Part shown: one piece after another, positions 7,827-13,823 of the stretch | Position numbering within the stretch: the stretch's first letter is position 1 | Layout: each line of letters begins with the position of its first letter | Assembly (NCBI GenBank): GCA_042216675.1 | Contig: JBDGTS010000022.1 | Location: 1-13,823 of the forward strand | DNA length: 13,823 bases | Source: Halobacteriaceae archaeon | GTDB lineage: Archaea; Halobacteriota; Halobacteria; Halobacteriales; Halobacteriaceae | Direction of reading: 5' to 3' | Made by a program: the position numbers and the translations under genes | Notes under the pieces: generated by a model | Database searches by the model: none | The model's input: the letters and a program-made list of their open reading frames with translations, nothing else | Told to the model about the DNA's origin: nothing

Positions 7827-9421
7827 GTTCCGAGGGGCGATTGCAGTCCCTGCTCGCACGGGTCGTGAGCCGTGACACCGTCCTCACCGTCGTCGCGGCC
7901 CTCATCGCGGCGTCGATGCTGGTGCCGCTCGCGTGGCTCTTCGTCGACGCCCGTGACATCGGCGCCCGCGCGTTCGAGTTGCTCCTCGCGCCAACGACGC
8001 TCCGCGTTCTCGGCCGGAGCGTCGCCCTCGTCGCCGTCGTCACCGCCGCGACCGTGGTACTCGGGGTGTCGCTCGCCGTCCTCACCGTGCAGACGGACCT
8101 CCCGTTCCGCCGCTTCTGGACCGTCGTGACGGCGCTTCCGCTGGTCATCCCGAGCTACCTCGGTGCGTTCGCGGCGCTGTCGGCGTTCGGCCGCGGTGGT
8201 CTCCTCTCGGAACTGCTCGGAACGACGGTGCCGCCCCTCACCGGCTTCACCGGGACAGCGGTGGTGATGACGCTCTACACGTACCCGTACGTCTACCTCA
8301 CCACCAGAGCCTCGCTGCTGTCGCTCGACGCCTCGCTCGTCCGGGCCGCGCGGAGTCTCGACGCGACGCGCCGGGAGGCGTTCCGCCGCGTGACCCTGCC
8401 ACAGATCACGCCCGGCATCGCGGCGGGGGCGCTCCTCGTGGCGCTCTACACGCTCTCTGACTTCGGGACGCCGAACTTCATGCGCCTGCAGGTGTTCACG
8501 CAGTTCATCTACGCCCGCTACGTCCACGCGACGGACTACGCGGTGGTGTTGTCGCTCGAACTCATCGCCGTCACCGCGGGCATCATCTTGCTCCAGTCCC
8601 GCATCGGCGCGGACCGGTCGGGGGCGTACGCCAGCGGCGGTCAGCGGGGCGCGACCAAACTCTCGCTCGGCAAGTGGCGCTACCCCGCGATGGCGCTCCC
8701 GGCGGCGGTGGCGACGGCGGCCCTCGTGGCGCCGCTGACCATCTTCTGTCTCCTCCTGTTTCGGGAGGACGCCGGCTACGTCTCCGAGCCGTCGTTCGCG
8801 TGGTCGTACGCCGTCGACTCGGTGACCGTCTCCCTGCTGGCGGCCGTCGCCGCCGTCCTCGTGGCGCTCCCCATCGCGTTGCAGGCGGCGCAAAGCGACT
8901 CTCGGCTGGCATGGCTGGCGGACCGGGCGGCGTACGTCGGCTTCGCCGTGCCGGGCATCGTGTTGGGCATCGCACTGGTGAGTTTCGGCCTCGACGTCCT
9001 CCCGTGGCTCCACAAGACGCTCCCCATCCTCATCTTCGCCTACGTCGTGCGCTTCATGCCGCAGGCGCTTGGCTCGATTCGGACCTCGATTCTGCAGGTG
9101 GACCGGAACCTCGTCGCCGCCGCCCGGACGCTCGGGAAGTCGCCGGCGGCGGCGTTCAGATCGGTGACGCTCCCGCTCATCGCGCCGGGGATGGCGACGG
9201 GGGCGGCGCTCGTCTTCCTCACGACGATGAAGGAACTGCCGGCGACGCTCATCCTCCAGCCGTACGGCTTCAAGACGCTCGTCCTCTACATCTGGGAGGT
9301 TCGTGAGGCGGGCCTCTACGGCCGCGCGGCGGTGCCGGCGCTGGTGTTGGTGTTCGTCTCGGCGCTGTCGATGGCCGTCATCCTGCTGAGCGAGACGAGC
9401 GGCGACACCGGAGGGAAGTGA
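7823..9421 (+). CDS. Fe3+-type ABC transporter permease (FbpB/SfuB-like, two fused BPD_transp_1 domains)
   Basis: 532 aa polytopic protein with two EAA-like loops (LVRAARSLDA...FRRVTLP; LVAAARTLGKS...FRSVTLP), plus LSDFGTP and MKELPATLIL. ATGA overlap with the upstream gene. Confidence 0.92.
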   Translation: MSSEGRLQSLLARVVSRDTVLTVVAALIAASMLVPLAWLFVDARDIGARAFELLLAPTTLRVLGRSVALVAVVTAATVVLGVSLAVLTVQTDLPFRRFWTVVTALPLVIPSYLGAFAALSAFGRGGLLSELLGTTVPPLTGFTGTAVVMTLYTYPYVYLTTRASLLSLDASLVRAARSLDATRREAFRRVTLPQITPGIAAGALLVALYTLSDFGTPNFMRLQVFTQFIYARYVHATDYAVVLSLELIAVTAGIILLQSRIGADRSGAYASGGQRGATKLSLGKWRYPAMALPAAVATAALVAPLTIFCLLLFREDAGYVSEPSFAWSYAVDSVTVSLLAAVAAVLVALPIALQAAQSDSRLAWLADRAAYVGFAVPGIVLGIALVSFGLDVLPWLHKTLPILIFAYVVRFMPQALGSIRTSILQVDRNLVAAARTLGKSPAAAFRSVTLPLIAPGMATGAALVFLTTMKELPATLILQPYGFKTLVLYIWEVREAGLYGRAAVPALVLVFVSALSMAVILLSETSGDTGGK

Positions 9422-11427
9422 TGCGCCGACGCACGGCCCGCGCCCTCGCCGTCGCCCTCGCGCTGACGGGTGCGCTCGTCGTCCTCCTCGTGGCGTCGCG
9501 GCTGTTCCCCTACCACTCGCTCAACCACGACGAGGGGGTGTATCTCCGGCAGGCCGCGCTGCTCCGAAACGGGCAGTTCTCCCTGTATCCGCCCGTGGAG
9601 GACGTGTTCCGGCCGTGGTTCTTCGTCGAGGACGGCGACCGACTGTACCCCAAGTACGCGCCCGTGCCGGCGGCGATGTTCGCCGTCGGGCAGGCGTTCG
9701 GCGCCGCGCGCCTCGTCCTCGCGGGCATCGGCGGGGGTATCGTCGCGCTGACGGTCCGCGTCGTCGGGTCGGCGTTCGACCGCGAGACGGGTCTGCTGGC
9801 CGGCGTCGCGATGCTCGCCTCGCCGCTGTTCCTGCTCACGACTTCGGTGTTCCTCCCGTACGCGCCCACGGCGGTGCTGAATCTCGCGTTCGCGGCGGTG
9901 TACTTCCGCGCCGACCGAACCGGCGACCCGCGGTGGGCCGCCGTCGCGGGCGTCGCCGTCGGCCTCGCGTTCTTCGCGCGACCCTACACGGCCGTCCTGT
10001 TCGCGCTGCCGTTCATCGCGCACGCCGTCTGGACGCTGTGGCGCGATTTCTGTGGGGCGCTCCCGCGGCAGGCGCTCACGGCCGCGGGTGGGTTGCTCGG
10101 CGTCGCGTCGACGCTCGCGTACAACGCCGTGGTCACCGGGTCCCCGTGGCTGTTCCCGTACGCGGCGTTCGCACCGCTGGACGGCCTCGGGTTCGGTGAG
10201 CGCCGCCTCCTCGGCCACACCGTCGACTACACGCCGACGCTGGCGCTCCGGGTCAACGCCGAGGTGCTGGAGGTGTTCGCCACGGACTGGGTGGCCGGAG
10301 GCGCCCTCGGCGCTCTCCTCGCGGCCGTCGGCCTCGCCGCGGCAGTTCGGCGTGGCCTGACCCCGAAACAGGCGGTACTGGCCGGCCTCTTCGTGACGAT
10401 TCCGCTCGGCAACGTCTACTTCTGGGGCAACTACAACATCCTCGGCGTCGTCGGCGTGCCGGGCGACGGTCTCGTGGCGTACCTCGGGCCGTACTACCAC
10501 TTCGACCTCTTGCTCCCGACGGCGGCGTTCGCCGCGCGCGGCGCCGTCGCGGTGACGCGGGCCGCCCGCGAACTCGCAGAGCGGTCGCCGGACCCTCGCC
10601 GCGCCCGCGCCGTCGCGGCCATCGTGCTTCTCGTCGGCGCGGCGGCGTTCGGCGCCGCCACCGTCGGAGCCATCGACGCCCCGGCCGACCGGAACGCCGA
10701 GGTGACGGAGACGTACCGGACGGCGTACGAACCGTTCGAGTCGGGGCCGCCCGCGAACTCGCTCGTCTTCCTCCCCTCGACGTACGGGCCGTGGCTCGGC
10801 CACCCGTTCCAGTCGCTCCGCAACGACCCGGGCTTCGACGGCGACGTGGTGTACGCCCTCGACGACCGGCCCTTCGCCACGGCCGCGGCGTTCCCGAACC
10901 GGACGCTGTACCGCTACGGCTATCGGGGCGTCTGGAACCCGGCCGCCGGGTCGCCGACGGCGGCGCGCCTCCAAGCCGTCGAGCGAGTGCGCGGGGAGCG
11001 CGTCGGCTACACGGCGGCGCTCGGCGTCCCGAACGGCGTACAGGGCGTCACCCTCCGCCTCGGCTCAGAGGAGAGAGCGGCGTACCGGACCCTCGGGCCC
11101 GTCTCGAACCTCTCCGTGGCGGTGACGGTGGCGAACGGGACGGCCACGCTGACGGGCGACGGGGTGGACCCCGTGACGATTCCGGTCGACGACAGGGACG
11201 AGGTCGGTCTGACTGTGTTCCTCGACTACGGGCCGGGCGGCAGTTTCAGTTACGGCCTCGAACTGCCTGTCGAGCGGACGGCGGGCGGCGTGCAGGCGCT
11301 CACCCCCCGCGTCGAGTACTGCCGCGCGGCGGCCACCTGTGGCGGCGCGGCGACGTACGTGCCCGCGTCGGCGCCCCCCGGCGTCTCAGTCACCGTCGAC
11401 GCGTTCGCCGCGGAGCAGAACGCCTAA
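9421..11427 (+). CDS. GT-C fold membrane glycosyltransferase (ArnT/PMT-like) with C-terminal extracytoplasmic domain
   Basis: One N-terminal TM followed by an acidic DE motif (SLNHDEGVY), about 10 further TM segments including GLAFFARPY, and a ~250 aa soluble C-terminus with a Cys pair. TGATG overlap with the permease stop, GGAGG just upstream. Alternative start GTG 9418. Confidence 0.8.
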   Translation: MRRRTARALAVALALTGALVVLLVASRLFPYHSLNHDEGVYLRQAALLRNGQFSLYPPVEDVFRPWFFVEDGDRLYPKYAPVPAAMFAVGQAFGAARLVLAGIGGGIVALTVRVVGSAFDRETGLLAGVAMLASPLFLLTTSVFLPYAPTAVLNLAFAAVYFRADRTGDPRWAAVAGVAVGLAFFARPYTAVLFALPFIAHAVWTLWRDFCGALPRQALTAAGGLLGVASTLAYNAVVTGSPWLFPYAAFAPLDGLGFGERRLLGHTVDYTPTLALRVNAEVLEVFATDWVAGGALGALLAAVGLAAAVRRGLTPKQAVLAGLFVTIPLGNVYFWGNYNILGVVGVPGDGLVAYLGPYYHFDLLLPTAAFAARGAVAVTRAARELAERSPDPRRARAVAAIVLLVGAAAFGAATVGAIDAPADRNAEVTETYRTAYEPFESGPPANSLVFLPSTYGPWLGHPFQSLRNDPGFDGDVVYALDDRPFATAAAFPNRTLYRYGYRGVWNPAAGSPTAARLQAVERVRGERVGYTAALGVPNGVQGVTLRLGSEERAAYRTLGPVSNLSVAVTVANGTATLTGDGVDPVTIPVDDRDEVGLTVFLDYGPGGSFSYGLELPVERTAGGVQALTPRVEYCRAAATCGGAATYVPASAPPGVSVTVDAFAAEQNA

Positions 11428-11429
11428 GT

Positions 11430-11443
11430 TTAGGTTTGCCTAA
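11430..11443. promoter_or_regulatory. Palindromic operator TTAGGTTTGCCTAA, copy 4
   Basis: Fills the 27-bp gap between the GT-C stop and ATG 11455 (-25..-12). Confidence 0.85.
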
Positions 11444-11454
11444 TCCCGTTCCGA

Positions 11455-11979
11455 ATGCGCCTCACTCGCCGTGACGCCGTCGTCGCCCTCGCCAGCGCCG
11501 GCGTCGCCGTGACCGCGGGCGCGACGCTCGACCCGCCGACGGCCGCGGATGGGCCGATCGGCGAGCGCGAGACGGACGCGCTCGTCGCCGCCGCGGAGGT
11601 GGTGTATCCCAGCGACGTCACCGAGACCCGACAGTTCGTCGAACGATACGTCGGCCGGCGGGCGGAGGAGCGCCCGGACTGGGCCGCGGGCGTCGCCGAC
11701 GCCGTCTCGTACCTCGACGAGTACACGCGGTCGTGGCGGGACGCCCCGTTCGCGGCGCTCGACCCGGCCGCGCGCGACGATGTTCTGCGCTCGATGGGCG
11801 TCGACGCCGCGACCCCGAACCCCGACGGCACCGACACCGAGCGCGTGCGCTACTACGTCGTGAACGACCTGCTGTACGCGCTCTACTCCTCGCCGACTGG
11901 CGGGCGCCTCGTCGGCATCGAGAACCCGCAGGGCCACCCCGGCGGCACCGCGTCGTATCAGCGCGGGGCGGAGCGATGA
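11455..11979 (+). CDS. Gluconate 2-dehydrogenase subunit 3-like small subunit with Tat signal
   Basis: MRLTRRDAVVALASAG twin-arginine leader. Motifs LVAAAEVVYP, FAALDPAARDDVL and ALYSSP.G...G are typical of this family. Translationally coupled to a GMC enzyme. Confidence 0.82.
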   Translation: MRLTRRDAVVALASAGVAVTAGATLDPPTAADGPIGERETDALVAAAEVVYPSDVTETRQFVERYVGRRAEERPDWAAGVADAVSYLDEYTRSWRDAPFAALDPAARDDVLRSMGVDAATPNPDGTDTERVRYYVVNDLLYALYSSPTGGRLVGIENPQGHPGGTASYQRGAER

Positions 11980-13559
11980 CCCGGGCACCCTCGCCGCGGG
12001 CGGACGTCTGCGTCGTCGGTGCCGGCCCCGCGGGCGCCCTCGTGGCCGAGAGACTCGCGCGCGCCGGGCAAGACGTGGTGGTGTTGGAGGCTGGCCCCCG
12101 ATTCGACCCGGAGCGCCGTCTGGAGCGGATGGAGCGCTCGATTCGGCCGGCGAGCAACCCCCTCTCCGTCTGGGAGATGGGCGGCCCGCGCGACGCCTAC
12201 TCGTCGACGGGGAGTCGGCACTATCCGCTCAACCGCGCCCGCGTGAAGGGCGTCGGCGGGTCCTCGCTCCACTGGCAGGGCATGGTGATGCGTCTCCACG
12301 AGTCGGACTTCGCGTCGGCGACCAGACGGGGCCGCGGCGCCGACTGGCCCATCGACTACGACGACGTGCGGCCCTACTACGCCGCCGCCGAGGACGCACT
12401 CGGCGTCGCCGGGGCGTCTGACAACCCCTTCGCGCCGCCGCGCGAGGAGCCACACCCCATGCCCGCGTTCCCGCCCTCCCACAGCGACGGCATCTTCGCG
12501 GCGGCCTGCGAGGAACTGGGCATCGTCACCCACTCGGTGCCGAACGCGCGCAACTCCGAACCGTACGACGGCGAGAGCGCCTGCGTCGGCTACGGCACCT
12601 GTCAGCCGGTGTGTCCCTCCGGCGCGAAGTACGACGCGACGCGCCACGTCGAGAGCGCCGAGGACGCGGGCGCCCGCGTCGTCGACGAGGTGCCGGTCCA
12701 GCGACTCGTCCACGACGACGCCGGCGAGCGAGTCGTCGCCGCCGAGTACGTCACCCCTGAGGGCGAGACGCACAGACAGGAGGCCCGCCAGTTCTTCCTC
12801 GCTGCCGGCGGCGTCGAGACGCCGCGCCTCCTCCTCCTCTCGCAGTCCGAGCAGTACCCCGACGGCCTCGCGAACTCCTCGGGCGCGGTGGGGCGGTACT
12901 TCCACGACCACCTGTTCGCGGGCGTCGGCGGCACCGTGGACGAGGCCACCCGGCAGAACCACGTCGGGTTCAACACCTCCGAGTCCCACCAGTTCTACGA
13001 CGACGACGGCGTCGGCAAGATAAAACTGGAGTTTCTGAACTACGCCGGCCCCTCGCCCGTCGAGATGGCCCTCGGCGCCGACGAGTGGGGCGACGACCTG
13101 CGCGACTCGATTCAGGACGCCTACGGGTCGCACCTCGCCGTCGGTGCCCTCGTGGAGCAGTTGCCCCGCGCAGAGAACCGCGTGACGCTCTCCTCGTCAC
13201 GGACGGACGCTCACGGGAACCCCGCGCCGGAGATTCAGTGGTCGCTGAGCGACTACGAGCGACGGACGATTCGCCGGGCGAACGCGATTCAACGGGAGAT
13301 TCTCGACGCCGTGGGGGCGGAGATTCGGTGGACCGTCGGTCCCGATTCGACGGGACCGGCGTTCCACCACATGGGCACGACGCGGATGGGCACCGACCCC
13401 GACTCGTCGGTGGTCGACCCGCGCCTGCGGACCCACGACCTCGACAATCTCACGATTCCGTCGTCGTCGGTGTTCGCCACCGGTGGGGCCATGAACCCGA
13501 CGCTCACCATCGCCGCACTCGCGTTGAAGGCCGCCGACCACCTCGCCGCGGACCTATAG
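11976..13559 (+). CDS. GMC-family FAD oxidoreductase (sugar/glycoside dehydrogenase large subunit)
   Basis: Start at ATG 11976 (ATGA overlap). FAD motif VVGAGPAG, then VGGSSLHW, WPIDYDDVRPYY, CVGYGTCQPVC, ETPRLLL.S, catalytic HHMGT and NPTLTI.ALA. Confidence 0.93.
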   Translation: MTRAPSPRADVCVVGAGPAGALVAERLARAGQDVVVLEAGPRFDPERRLERMERSIRPASNPLSVWEMGGPRDAYSSTGSRHYPLNRARVKGVGGSSLHWQGMVMRLHESDFASATRRGRGADWPIDYDDVRPYYAAAEDALGVAGASDNPFAPPREEPHPMPAFPPSHSDGIFAAACEELGIVTHSVPNARNSEPYDGESACVGYGTCQPVCPSGAKYDATRHVESAEDAGARVVDEVPVQRLVHDDAGERVVAAEYVTPEGETHRQEARQFFLAAGGVETPRLLLLSQSEQYPDGLANSSGAVGRYFHDHLFAGVGGTVDEATRQNHVGFNTSESHQFYDDDGVGKIKLEFLNYAGPSPVEMALGADEWGDDLRDSIQDAYGSHLAVGALVEQLPRAENRVTLSSSRTDAHGNPAPEIQWSLSDYERRTIRRANAIQREILDAVGAEIRWTVGPDSTGPAFHHMGTTRMGTDPDSSVVDPRLRTHDLDNLTIPSSSVFATGGAMNPTLTIAALALKAADHLAADL

Positions 13560-13823
13560 AGAGACGCCGAGTCGCTCCTCGACGCCGACCTTGAGGATGG
13601 AGTAGGCGATTTCCGCGCCGCCCTCGATGGGGTCGAGTTTCGTCTCGCCGAGTCGCTCGCCGTAGCGAATCGGCTCCTCCCGCACGTCGTAGCCGCGGGC
13701 GACGGGGCGCATCAGCAGTTCGGCCGAGAGGCCGGTGTTCTCCGTCCACTCGACGTCCGCGAGCATCGACTTCCGATAGGCGCGCATCCCCGTCGTGGTG
13801 TCGTGAACTCGCTCCCCGAGGAG
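13554..13823 (-). CDS. GT2 dolichyl-phosphate hexose transferase-like glycosyltransferase, C-terminal part (5' end outside window)
   Basis: The frame is open from the window end: LLGERVHDTTTGMRAYRKS...WTENTGLSAELL...REEPIRYGERLGETKL. The D...G.R.Y and E.PI.Y..R.G.TK pattern matches DPM1-like polyprenyl-phosphate glycosyltransferases. Confidence 0.8.
   Translation of the reverse strand, partial: LLGERVHDTTTGMRAYRKSMLADVEWTENTGLSAELLMRPVARGYDVREEPIRYGERLGETKLDPIEGGAEIAYSILKVGVEERLGVSL

Noticed and set aside
11423-11434. Everted palindrome CCTAA-GT-TTAGG overlapping the GT-C stop codon
   Set aside because: The CCTAA half is formed by the last codon plus TAA and has no upstream TTAGG partner. 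It is at most an accessory half-site, so it was not called separately.
11733-11975. N-terminal extension of the GMC ORF
   Set aside because: It is Arg-rich off-frame sequence overlapping the small-subunit gene. The FAD-binding motif starts just after ATG 11976.
3272-13133. Long antisense or alternative-frame ORFs (e.g. 3272-4627, 7685-9013, 9316-10974, 11958-13133)
   Set aside because: These are shadow ORFs expected in high-GC DNA. They are Arg/Gly-rich, have no recognisable motifs and overlap well-supported genes.

Overview
High-GC DNA encoding acidic proteins, typical of a haloarchaeon (inference). The left part holds the 3' portion of a heavy-metal P1B ATPase with a non-canonical YPC motif, a convergent CopZ-like chaperone, a hypothetical membrane protein, an SLC13/TrkA-C permease and a divergent DUF47/PhoU-like gene. 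The right part (5.4-13.8 kb) is a co-oriented six-gene cluster: a GT75/RGP (UDP-arabinopyranose mutase-like) protein, a Tat-lipoprotein Fe3+-type binding protein, its permease (no ATPase gene), an ArnT/PMT-like GT-C glycosyltransferase, and a Tat small subunit plus Cys-motif GMC flavoprotein dehydrogenase. A convergent Dol-P hexose transferase-like GT2 follows. Four copies of the palindrome TTAGG-N4-CCTAA (DtxR/SirR/MntR-type operator) occupy all three real intergenic gaps of this cluster. This suggests a metal (probably iron)-repressed module coupling iron uptake to lipid-linked glycosylation and extracellular sugar oxidation. All family calls are by eye, with no database searches.
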